Part shown: positions 25,031 through 36,518 of the stretch, piece by piece | Position numbering within the stretch: the stretch's first letter is position 1 | Layout of the letters: each line of letters starts with the position of its first letter | DNA from: Diadema antillarum | Taxonomy: Eukaryota | Length of the DNA stretch: 64,000 bases | Reading direction: 5' to 3' | Assembly: GCF_040938485.1 (NCBI RefSeq) | Contig: NW_027270913.1 | Location: 2,046,001-2,110,000 of the forward strand | Made by a program: the position numbers and the translations under genes | The notes under the pieces: model-generated | The model's input: the letters and a program-made list of their open reading frames with translations, nothing else | The model's database searches: none | Told to the model about the DNA's origin: nothing

Positions 25031-26380
25031 CTACAATTTCTGCGTTGTCTCAACAGACTGTGCATCGTTCGGAATGCTGCAGCTGTTGTTAGAGTGCTTA
25101 TCATCTTCTTGATTCCGAAGCCGTCTTTTCTCCGTCCACCATTGCCCTGCTGTCAAGCCAACGAGACTGCCGACGATTATGAATGCTCCAGATATAGTAA
25201 AACCATTTGGGACCGTACCGAATATGAGAAAGTCGAGTATGAAGGTGAAGAAGACATCGGTTGTCCTGATCAAGGAAACGGTAGTAGCCGTCTCATACCT
25301 CATGGAGATGACGAAGGTAACTTGGAATGCGAAGGAGAATAGGGCATTGCAGATTAGAAAGATTCGGCTCCTCCCACAAGGGGGAATTACCCAGTCTCCC
25401 AGCCCTGTGGTCATGGATCCACTGACCATCATCCCTACGATGCAGAGGGTGACCAACTGGACCAGTGGGTGAACTCGGTAAGCTGCTATCTTCCGAAGAG
25501 AAACATAGATCGTCCCTATAAGGACAGCGCTGATGAGACAGAGGGTCGGTCCGAGAAAGGAGGACGATGACTCTTCCCCGCCGAAGAGGAATGGTGGTTG
25601 GATGACGAGGAACACTCCGCCAATCGTCGTTAGGGAGAAGATCACGTCAAAGATAGTGCACGCGTCGCTGAGGAGGACACAGCTGAACAACCCCGTGAAG
25701 ATTGGCGCACTGTAAGTAATGGCCTTGGCGCTGGCCACTGGCATAATCTGGTAAGCAAAGAACACTAAGCAATTCACCGTGGATCCTATGACAGACCTTA
25801 AAATAATTAGAAACCACGCCTCCCTCGGGTACTTGAATGAGGCTTTCTGCCACGTGAGTAGCGGTATGGAGAACAGCAACTGCATGTACATTTGATTGAA
25901 CACTATCTGATTCGAACTGACTGACTCTCCTATAAGAACAACCAACGTACTACAGATCGACAACATAATTGTTGAAAACAGAGCGTAAATTTTGCCTTTC
26001 AGCCGAATCTGAGAGCAAGAAGTTCCTAAATATTTGCTTCTATTGTTTGATGCCAGAGAACTGATCTCTGACGGAGCTGTCTCTTCTTTCACATTCAAAA
26101 ACTCTCTGTCCTTGCTGCTGTCTTCTGGATGGGTCGTCATAATATTAGTCACTGGGTCATTATGGCCTTCGCTGGCGGTTTCATAACCCTGGTTGACGAA
26201 AGCATTACTATTAAAGCCACTGCCTTCATCTGTGCCTTTCGCTGTGTGTGAATCGTAATGGCGTGTATTGCCGGAGTCCTCAAGTGTTTGAGAGGAAGTC
26301 GATCGCAAAGATTCGGAACTTGTTCCGCCATCTCGATTTATTTCTTGATGAGATCTGCTTTCCCGGACTGGATCCATCAT
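25031..26380 (-). CDS. SLC35G1: SLC35G1-like EamA/DMT transporter, clade A copy 2 (449 aa from first ATG)
   Basis: Intact paralogue of A1, colinear without indels from MDPV onward. The ORF track start at 26404 is TTG; the ATG ATG is at 26380/26377, with an acceptor at 26406-26407. Confidence 0.92.
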   Translation of the reverse strand: MMDPVRESRSHQEINRDGGTSSESLRSTSSQTLEDSGNTRHYDSHTAKGTDEGSGFNSNAFVNQGYETASEGHNDPVTNIMTTHPEDSSKDREFLNVKEETAPSEISSLASNNRSKYLGTSCSQIRLKGKIYALFSTIMLSICSTLVVLIGESVSSNQIVFNQMYMQLLFSIPLLTWQKASFKYPREAWFLIILRSVIGSTVNCLVFFAYQIMPVASAKAITYSAPIFTGLFSCVLLSDACTIFDVIFSLTTIGGVFLVIQPPFLFGGEESSSSFLGPTLCLISAVLIGTIYVSLRKIAAYRVHPLVQLVTLCIVGMMVSGSMTTGLGDWVIPPCGRSRIFLICNALFSFAFQVTFVISMRYETATTVSLIRTTDVFFTFILDFLIFGTVPNGFTISGAFIIVGSLVGLTAGQWWTEKRRLRNQEDDKHSNNSCSIPNDAQSVETTQKL

Positions 26381-26989
26381 TTCAGAATCTGCATAGGCTG
26401 CCAAGCTAAGAATGACAGAGCAATCACAAGCAAAGTAATGAATAAAACATAATTTCTGCCTAAGGAAGTATGAATCACAAGAATATAGATGTAAGTGTAG
26501 GTGAATGCGATTAGGAGGTGGTATTGATTAGCAAATTTCACATCATTTGTATACTGAAAGTCAATTTAACGTAACTGCTAGGTGTACCAATAGTACTACA
26601 TTGTTTGTATGATCAAAGGACACTAAAACCAAACACCGTGTTTTAATTAAATTTCAGCCATTGCCTTCTCCGACACGGTGCACGCACGACGCTCAAGATT
26701 GTTATAAACAAGTTTTCCGTCATTCACTTTGATGTCCGAGGACATTCTCAACAGGACACTAAGTAACAAGGGCTGTATCAACGGTGTCTCCGTAACAACA
26801 GAGGTTACCCCTTTGTAATTGTACATTTTTTTCCCATTGGCGAAAATGTTCGTTTTGATAAATAATATACCATACAAAACGAAAAAAAACGTTGGCATTC
26901 AAACACAAGTTATATTTTTCTTTTTAATGTAAGACAAAAATATCTAACTAGAAATGTTTTTATTTTCAAAAAGATTTGTGATCATCACA

Positions 26990-27420
26990 AAATTGACGTT
27001 CTAAAGCACAATTTGACATTCGAAATTCGGAAGACTGTACAAATTGTGTCCTCCGTTTTATATAGGAGTACTTAGACTGTTAAGGATATATCAGAATACA
27101 TTTTGCAGAAGGTATTTCCATTGGGGGAAGGTTTCGAATCTATTTAATAACGAGTGAACATGTAATGTTAGCAAGTTTGTCGTCGAAGATAATTCTTGCC
27201 TCAAAGTATGTTGTTAGTGTTCAATAGTTAAATGCTTCAATTGTCTTTATTTTCAAAAGCATAAAAGCAGGTATATAATTAATTATACAGGCACCTTCAC
27301 CTTACGGTCCATTTGCTCTCAGCACTGTTTTGCGCAAACAGATATTTCTTTGGAGCTGTAGGTGTTAAGTTGTTTTGAAATGTGTATACGAAGGAAATTG
27401 TGTTCTAGGCTTATTGTAGA
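26990..27420 (-). mobile_element. Old LINE ORF2 3' remnant
   Basis: Degraded frame IPAFMLLKIKTIEAFNY...IRNLPPMEIPSAKC...KYSYIKRR resembles the CR1/L2-group C-terminus. Absent in the A1 copy. Confidence 0.45.
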
Positions 27421-27429
27421 TTACAAAAT

Positions 27430-27745
27430 TAACATACAAAAATTTATATCGTCGCTTGGGTGACAAGACGTTGAATCTCCAATTCTGGCGAAAGTGATAT
27501 TTTTTTTTTGGATTAATGGTGAGATGATCATTTTAGTGACATTCTGCCCAAATCCTAGCTGTCTTACCCCCAAAATGAAGCCACCATGCATGTCAAAAGA
27601 AAAGGCTATCCCATTTGAAATTGTGCTTTGGCTGCCACTTTTTTGTTTTTGTTTTTGTTTTTTTGTCTTTGCTCTCCTGAACATTTGACACTTTTGAGTT
27701 ACGAGGTCTTGTCGCCAAAGCGACGATGTAAACATATATATTAGA
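27430..27745. mobile_element. MITE-like insert with inverted subterminal repeats
   Basis: ATATCGTCGCTTGGGTGACAAGAC (about 27446) versus GTCTTGTCGCCAAAGCGACGATGT (about 27707); termini not resolved. Confidence 0.5.
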
Positions 27746-28990
27746 CACTATTAAACACTTAGCCAAAAAAAAAAGAAGGTTAACACCTTTGCCATTACAT
27801 ATTTCTCATAGAAGATTTTGGTACAAAAAAAAAATCATTTAGTCAAATACCACATTAAAGGTTATTCAATTGGCTATCAACCCAGTAGGTTATTATAATG
27901 ATCAGTACTGATAATGATTAACATTATTGTTACGCATGAGTGAACACAGTCGGGTTTTTTTGTCTTTAGAGGTATAAAAGCAAAAATTGCAGAAATTGAT
28001 ATTTTGTCATTCATTTGCGAATGCCCTTCAAGATAGCATTGATAAAAAAAGGTCAATTTAACATAATGACAGACATGAGCGAAAAACAAAAATTAGTTTT
28101 TGTTCCTTTGTATATCTTGATATTCTCAAACAAAAACAAAGTAAGAAACTAAAGGGAAAAATGAGATTTTTTGGTAACCTCACATTTAATTGACAAAGGG
28201 ACTAAGCCGCAAAGGTGATAAAATGGAAAGAATTTCTGAATTTCATTCTTTTAATTTAGGAATTTTCGAATTCATGAGAACTTTATACCATTTTCAATTT
28301 CCTTACTTCAAATAACATTCCTCATTTCTAAATTTTTCTAAATATTGCCTCTTCTTTGATATCATTTGATTTTTTTTTTGCCTTCCTATATCTTTGGAGA
28401 CTACAAAGATATTATGGGGATCAGAGAGTGATTTTTTTCAAATCAATGTATGTTTGTTATTGTTTTGTTTCTTACTATTAAATGGAAGAGCACATATGCA
28501 TGAATGAGAACTTGTCCATTTTCGCCATTTTTACTGTTGTGCCTTCGACGCATGTGTGCACTCATGCATTCAGTTTCTCTTTTTAATGACCCACCAGGTT
28601 GATAGCAAATTGAATTACCTTTAACATGGTATATGAAGCATTAATATTTAACCAAATTTCTACGATAAACAAGAGCTTGAAAAAGTGTTTGCTTTCTCTC
28701 TTTTGGTAGTTGTTTCTTTCGTCTTCTTCTTTTTTCTTTTTTTTTGCTGAGTGTATGTACGTATTACACAGAACACGATTACGTTTTGCAGCAAGGAGCA
28801 ATCGAGATCTCCTAGCCTCATGGTGTAAAATGCTATTCTGTCCCACAAGACGGCATTAAATGAATTCAAACCCATCCCAATGACATTTCGAACCCTAGGG
28901 TCGAACATTATTCATGTTCCCTGAAGTCATATCATTCATGGTATCGAAAGACGACCGACATCACACAACCGCAGCTGTAACAGACATGAC

Positions 28991-29022
<32 letters not shown>

Positions 29023-29447
29023 GGGGGGGGAGGGGGAGGTGTTCGACTAACAGCACATGACAACTGTTATAAAATCATGTCTTAATGAAGAATTCTCAGG
29101 ACGTTTGTATGCGAAATTTATGCAGCTGCTTGGTCAGTTGTGAACGTATTTAAACTATCACAACCAGACAGACAGATGCATGTCACCAAAACAAACAACC
29201 GACATTTGACAGTAATTTGTTAAAGAGTACTTTTGGCTTGTATTTATAAGTTGACTGTGTAACGCAAACAAAAAAAGGATGGCGAAAGTTTTACTAGCGA
29301 TTGAGACATTTAGATTAATATTCAGATTAAGATTTTGAAGTTTTCCACAATTTCACGAAACTCTATTACCACTCTGCAGCTTCCAGGATGTCATACTTGT
29401 TTTTTATCACAATATGATTTTCTTGTCCTTTGTCCGGTTATCATTAA

Positions 29448-30499
29448 AGCCCCCGTTCCACTATGCCGTTCTCGCTACGATTTGACAATTTTCTCAGGTC
29501 GGGAAGGATCGGGTAAAACCTGAGCCGATCTGGACACAGTACGATGTTAGAACGCTCTAAGTACGCTGCAGTTACGACTACCAAGTGCTTGCTACGCTCT
29601 TACTACATGATCGGGAATGAGACATTACGATCTCTGCCGCTGCCGGTACGCTTTAGAACGATGTAGCTACGCTGTCAGTGCGATGTTGCCGATGTTATCC
29701 GATCGATGCACGCTGTATCTACGCTCTGAACTATCTATACGATCTTATCACGCTGTTACCCCGTTCAGAGAGGTGAAAAGTGCCCGATGTGCCCCGATGT
29801 ACCCCGATTCGACTGTCGGTCTGCAGTCAGTCAACTTACGAGCATGCAGAACCGAAGAAATATACTGCGGACCTCGAAGAGGCTCCTCAACTCACGGTTC
29901 TTTTGCAGCAATGCATTGTATAAACAAAGACGTGCTGATTTTTCCAAGGATTTTTCTTGATATCCTTGCTTTTATAGTCCGTCTTCCTCCAGTTGTAAAT
30001 GATTTCATATTCTTCAAAATTCTGCTATGTCCTCTTCCTCCTCTTTCAGCATCACTTGCAGTCTCTCTTTCTTCGCCTTTTGGGTAGCTTCTTCGCTGCT
30101 TTCTTCTCTTCTTTTCATTCATCTCCTCTTCTTCGAAAATTACAGCTAAATTCACTTCCCGTTCTTGTGCCGATGTTACTACGCTCAGAAAGACCTTGTT
30201 ACGCTCATCCGCGCTGCGTTTACGCCGTCACTACGCTCTCCCCGCTGCGTTTACGCTGTCACTACGCTCTCCCCGCTTGCCGTACGATTAAAAATATGTC
30301 AATTTTGATCGGGGAGATCGGGAAGAGATTTTGAACCGGTTCAAAATTTCTTCCCGATCTGTAAAAATGCCCGCTCCAACCCTGACCTCGACACGCTGCT
30401 ACTACGATGCTTCCGATCCCCGTACGCTTTTGCCGCTCTCTCCCGATCTGCTAGATCGGGACAGATCGGGGTCCAAATCGTGATAGTGGAACGGGGGCT
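29448..30499. mobile_element. PIF/Harbinger-like non-autonomous element (1052 bp), TAA TSD, with MADF/Myb-SANT-like remnant
   Basis: Perfect 16-bp TIR AGCCCCCGTTCCACTA. TAA at 29445-29447 and 30500-30502. The empty site TCATTAATCCTC is at about 16785. A minus-strand broken frame reads LKEEEEDIAEF/EEYEIIYNWRKTDYKSKDIKKNPWK (about 29940-30050). Confidence 0.88.
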
Positions 30500-31053
30500 T
30501 AACCCTCGAACGTTCGATTTGGTTTTACTTCCTCGCGCAACTGAACTTTCTAGGCCGATATTGCACTCTCCCACCAACTAACTGCACAGCATACATGTGT
30601 CATAAAATTCACGATCTTGTTATGATTGTGAACTTACCTACAATATCAACTGCACTGGCAACAGGTTGTCACATCAGTGTACGTTTGAATGTGTCTCACT
30701 TGATGTTTGATAATCGACGTCTGATGGGCTTATCTCGAACAAACGAGGACCTTCGCCATACAGCTAATCGTTCATAAAGGTTGACAAATAGGAAAACGTA
30801 ACGCCAGGCCCCTTTTGTATAACGCAGACCTAAGATTGTGCATAGTCAATCATCTTCTGTTCAGAAGCATTACTCATTAAAACATCAGCTCTTATCAAGC
30901 TTCTGTTTCATTTAATATCTGCATTAATAATTGGTGCAATGTGTTCGTTACTGTTTAACCCAGCCGGTCGGTAATAACAGAACTTTGAACATCGCTCAGG
31001 GTCGATTTGCGCGCTTCATGTTGAATCTGCCTCTATCATTCGCTCTTTATCTC

Positions 31054-31207
31054 NNNNNNNNNNNNNNNNNNNNNNNNNNNNNNNNNNNNNNNNNNNNNNN
31101 NNNNNNNNNNNNNNNNNNNNNNNNNNNNNNNNNNNNNNNNNNNNNNNNNNNNNNNNNNNNNNNNNNNNNNNNNNNNNNNNNNNNNNNNNNNNNNNNNNNN
31201 NNNNNNN
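31054..31207. other. Assembly gap (154 N)
   Basis: Run of N. Confidence 1.
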
Positions 31208-32350
31208 TTTGATTTCAAAACGGGTTGCGTGCCACTTTCAAGGATCTGAAAGGAAGTCCATATCAGATAGAGTAATACAAACTTTCCAGTAATACCTCAC
31301 TGGTTATGTAACCAGAAATATTATTCTTGATATTACCATTGAAGGTTTATCACATACAATCATGTCTGCATTGCCTTCTTATCTTAACAGTTTTAATCGC
31401 AAATATCTCAAATTAACATGAATGGACTTGTTTTACGATCAAACTGTTCATACACTCATTCATTGATAATGATACAAAGACTTTAATTCGTCATGTAGGT
31501 ATAATGATAGTAATACTAATGATGCTTTCTTTTTCTCAAACAATTTGTGTTAGTAAATTAAGCACCTGTATTCGAGATTTTTAGGAGTGACACCGTTAAA
31601 AAAAAATAAATCTAGAAACAAAATGTGAAATACGTTTGGTTCACTGCATTTTAACCAATATATTGCGGCCTCCTGCCTCATTATGTCTACTTAAAAAATC
31701 TCCCTCGGAGAAAAGCCATGTTAAACCCCGTGACGTGCACTGAGGTCACCTGTCTAAAGCGATCAGCGGCTGCCAATCTTGTATCCGGTGGTGGATTTTC
31801 ACCTGTATATAGCGGCCACGGACCCAAAGACAGCCGAAGTCGATCCGAAAATTAAAGTGTACCATTGCTATGGAAATCAAATTTGTGGAGAGCAAGGATA
31901 CAAAAAAAAAAAGCCATAATTCACCTGTGATAGCCCCTGAAAGTATACATATTGTTGCGATAATTCAGATCATAACTCTATAACAATTTGGCACTTCCGC
32001 GCGTTAAAGTTCTGTTCCGTAAGCGCCGGTACCCCATACTGATGTGGGCGCATTCTAGCTATATTAATATGTTTTGAAGATTCCATGTTATATTACTGCT
32101 GCATTGGCTGGAGACAGAAAATTTCAGATGATGAAATTATATTATGAAAAAGATGATAAAGCTTTGATAATCTTCAGAAATTGCAAGGGTATTTTCAAGT
32201 GGAAGTGATTGAGTTCAAAATTTTTATAGTATACACAAACATTATGCTGAAAAGGTCAGTGAACCATCAATTTAAGATATTGAATCAAAAAATTTCACGC
32301 GCTACAATAATTCTGTCCCAATAATCTTTACTTACACACACACACACACA

Positions 32351-32390
<40 letters not shown>

Positions 32391-32881
32391 CACACCATCG
32401 TGTATCGTCTTATCCGTGTGTATGCGTCCTTGTGTATTGACATGTGCTAGACTGTGATGGGCATGCGGATGCCACTGTGGATACGTGTTTACTGTCTGCA
32501 TAATTTTTAATTTCCATATTGGTTGGAGTAAAGGAACCATGATTTTTTTCTTTTATACTCATTCATTGGTACAGATTGATTAAAACATACTTATACAATG
32601 GTGACGTACGAACATTTTTTTTTTCATAATTTGCTTTCTGTAGTATCAGTCCAGTAATATTTGTATCTGATGTTTTGTTAAGTAAATCTGTGCAATAACA
32701 ATTTGGCAGGGTTTTCTTGTGAAGTATATCATGGAGGTTGTTGTGTAATATTCATATTTGTATATTATTGTATTATATGTCGTAATATTTTTGTGCAATA
32801 TATTAACATTAAATGATGCAATTTCTTATGTGGATTTTTATATAATAGCTGAATATGTTCTATTTAATTTCGAGGTATTAA

Positions 32882-34814
32882 AGGGACTGTACAGCGCTGG
32901 TTGAGGTGAGGATTCAGGTTTATAACATTCCTAAGTGAGATAATGAGAAAATTCTTATGAAATATGAAAGAGCATGTAATTTCAAGAATGATTCAACGTT
33001 AATTTGATGAAAATTGGTTTTCAAATGGCTTAGATATCCCCCCCCCAAAAAAAAAAGAAAATTGTGATAATATAGGTTTTCCCGGTCAATTTCATATTTT
33101 TGTCACTCAAATTCATTAATGTGCATTCAAATTCACGCAGCGCACGCACGCGAAAATATTCGGGCATTCAAATTCAGAATCCGAGCGTTCAATTTCATTT
33201 ATGGGCGTTCTATTTCGTTTTCGTGAAATCAAATTCACTATTGGGCATTCAATTTCAAAATGCGAGCACCGACTTTCCTACTCGTGCATTCAAATTCATG
33301 CGATAGTCACGTGATAGTCCCAATGAGCTTGTTTGGAGCGTTCAAATTCATTTTTAGGCGATCAAGTTCCTACTTCGTGCAATCAATTTAACGAGGAAAA
33401 TGGAGTAGACTTTTAAGAAAGGGAAAAGGGCCAACACAATCAATAAAGGCTTGCATATAGTGTAATTATGGTTGTTTACAGGTTCTACATTGTTCTCTGC
33501 TCATGTATTCTTTATTTTTCATCTCAATAAGTTTCAAATTGCAATGTCCAATCAGCCATCAGCAGTGCATCCAAACAACACAACGACTAGTAATCATATC
33601 TCTTGGTGATACTGCATGCTGACAACGCCCCAACACCAACCACGTAATCATGATAATGACAATTCATCAATTTAAAGACAAACTGACACACAATGATCTC
33701 ACATAATCCCGCAAAAGTAAATCAATAGGACAGCAATACACAGCAAACAACACGTATAAAATGTTAAAGTATCAGTTTCAATATAGTCGAATTTTTTTTT
33801 CCTCGAAAGTGTCAACCAACCCTCTGTATTATGCTCGTCTGTAGGCATATACAGTGCCTAATTTTTGCTTGTTTGTTTCGTTTTCCATCAAACAAGATGG
33901 CTGGATAACCCATATTCAGCTGCAAAAGGTGGTCTTCCATATATTATGGGGTCCAGTTTGATGTTCTGCTCTTTGCGATGAATAAATGAAGTGGGATCTT
34001 TTACGTGCATGAGTTGTGACTCTCTTACACGTGGGACCTCCATTTTATGTCCAATCCGAGGGACATGTGCCTGTATATTCCTATTTGCTAAGTGCGAGTT
34101 CAAAATCGTCAATGAACAGGTGGACCTCTACTGCAAAATAGATAATCATCATAAATCCCAATATATTCAGAGCCAAATGAGAAACACATGCATACACGAC
34201 CCCAAACTAACTAAATTCAGGACTTCTTTTAAATTGAATGCAGTTATTTGGAACATGGTTGCCTATTCACGAATTTGAATGACCGACGAGATTCCGTCGC
34301 CAGCTTGACATGAATTTGACTGCTCATTGATGAAATGCGTGCTCCTCTCTTAAATTTGAATGCTCCGATAGTGAATTTGAATGTTCCGATAGTTAATTTG
34401 AATGCTCCGATAGTGAATTTGAATGCTCCGACAGTGAATTTGAATGCTCGGATAGTGAATTCGAATGACCGGATTTTGAATTTGATTGCTGATTCAGTGC
34501 TGCGAGAGTGGAATGCGTGAAATCGAATGCTCGGAATAGGAACTTGAATGACAAAAGTATGAAATTGACCGGGAAAACCTAATAACAAGCGACAGGCCAC
34601 GAATTTTATTAGGATCTCTTTGTTTCACCTTGTTTTTGGATATCTCAGCCATTTCAAAACCGATTTTCATCAAATAAACTTTCGATTCCCATAGAATTGC
34701 TTGCTCTTTGATATCTCATAGAGTGGTTTCTGAATATCTCATAGAGTGGTTTCTGAATATCTCGCAAAACGTTAAAAGCTAAATACTCACCTCAACTAGA
34801 ACGGTACAGTCCCT
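32882..34814. mobile_element. Kolobok-like MITE hosting a nested element; TTAA/TTAG junctions
   Basis: TTAA|AGGGACTGTACAGCGCTGGTTGAGGTG ... CACCTCAACTAGAACGGTACAGTCCCT|TTAG. The host halves match the 10995-11378 family. Absent from the other X copies. Confidence 0.85.
33073..34581. mobile_element. Nested non-autonomous DNA transposon (Academ-like with ATA TSD, or Tc1/mariner-like with TA TSD)
   Basis: TIR TAGGTTTTCCCGGTCAATTTCATA / TATGAAATTGACCGGGAAAACCTA. Subterminal GCATTCAAATTC repeats on both sides in inverted orientation, and a 21-bp tandem (GAATTTGAATGCTCCGATAGT)-like array at about 34350-34490. Confidence 0.8.
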
Positions 34815-36435
34815 TTAGATGTCATTGCAATGTATTCTATCCTTCGGGTTACGACTCTGAAAGTTTTCACAAAATAAATCATTGTAATAATAATAATAAT
34901 AACAATAATAATAATCATAATAATAATAACAATAATAATAATAAGAAGAAGAAGAAGAAGAACACCATTTACACGCACACACAACAACAACAGATAAAGC
35001 ATCATTATGTCTTCATTATTCAATGTTATGTATTGTATCTATCAATGTCTATAATACATCATGGTATCACACAAACGGAGATAAAGCACGACACTTATCG
35101 AGATTAGCAATTCTCGTTGCCATGTTGTCCGGTCTGCGGATCTGCGCAGTTAAGTAAATATAAAACGAAGTGATACTGCATGTTCCAAAACTCAGATGTA
35201 GTCAACTGCTTACCACGGACAAGAGGTAAGAAAATATTGTTGAAAGAATCCTAAATTGTATTCTCTCCGCTTGAGAACCATAACGCCTATAGAATCAGCC
35301 TTTTCCAGTCTCTGTCGTCAGGAAATGATAAGCCTCAGATACAGATAACAGTAAAGGCGAGAAAACTCTGCCATGCTGTTGCGTATTAATCATAAAAGCA
35401 TCTTCCACAAGAATTCTTTCTCATAATTTGAAACTTGTTGCATCGTTAAATATCTTTAGAAGAAGAAAGAAGAAAAAACATCCTCATATCTCAATATTTT
35501 CCATGCATGTAAAAAAGCTTTAACCATATGTTCCGACTTACTCTCCTTAGGCCATTATATAGGCATGACATGACATAACTTTACATTTACATTTTGTTTT
35601 CCACATCACAATGACGTACGTAATATGTACTTCTGCAAATCAACATCATTACAGCACAACACACACCTCACTTTCTGCACGTCCTCGGCACTGCTGCTCA
35701 TTCAGATATGTCAAATTTCCTCAAATCAGATGTACGCTTTATTTTATTTAATGTTGTAACATATTCACCTTGGGCCATTCCCTTGTCAATCACTGATTAT
35801 CACGATTGTTCCTTGCATGTCTAATAATATCTTCTCGAAATCTTTTAGTACTCGAACTGTTTACTCTGTCAATACCTTCAGTATGACATTATATTATTCC
35901 CTCGGTTTTCCCTACAATTGAGCTACATACATGTATATTTACGGATGTGATTCATGGTGTGATCATGCCGACATGGACTTTTTTTTTAAATCTTGTTTTT
36001 TCTGTATTGTAAATGAAACGCAGAAATAAGAATGGATTAAACTGGACGGAAATATGGCTTGAGGTCTCGTAAATATAGTATCAAGATGATTGAAAATATC
36101 GAACATGAACGGATATTTTTTTTTTGGTTTTGTTTGCTTGTTTGTTTTAATACATAATTATTATAAAATGAGGTGAACATAGTCTCTTATGGACGGTTCG
36201 ACTGCCCTACTGATTTTAACAAATAAAATCGATAATTTAATATGTTAGTTTTTTATTATACAATTTAGTTGTATAATGTGATTTGTCATATGATTATGTA
36301 AAATAAGATTACCTGTTTCTTTAAGCCTAAGCATTGTCGCTGTAGATGTATCATGTTGAAGTATCATTTCATGCTTATGGTGAGCACCCTATGAAGGGAA
36401 GGGGGCTGTTTTGAGCCAACTCGAGCGGACACCGT

Positions 36436-36518
36436 GTGAATATGTTGTGAATGTGTTGTTGTGAATGTTGTGAATGTTGTGAATGTTGTGAATGTTGTGA
36501 ATGTTGTGAATATGTTGT
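36436..36518. repeat. GTGAATGTT 9-mer array at the LINE 5' junction
   Basis: Five perfect copies at 36461-36505 plus flanking variants; single copy at the homologous site in X1, X3 and X4. Confidence 0.9.

Larger units (their letters stand above)
23322..31655. repeat. Segmental duplication, A-unit copy 2
   Basis: Colinear with 11652-17530, plus insertions at about 26960-27860, 29448-30499 and 30990-31395. Confidence 0.92.

Noticed and set aside
34244-34600. 118-aa ORF with repeated FKFTIGA
   Set aside because: Translation of the 21-bp minisatellite inside the nested transposon.
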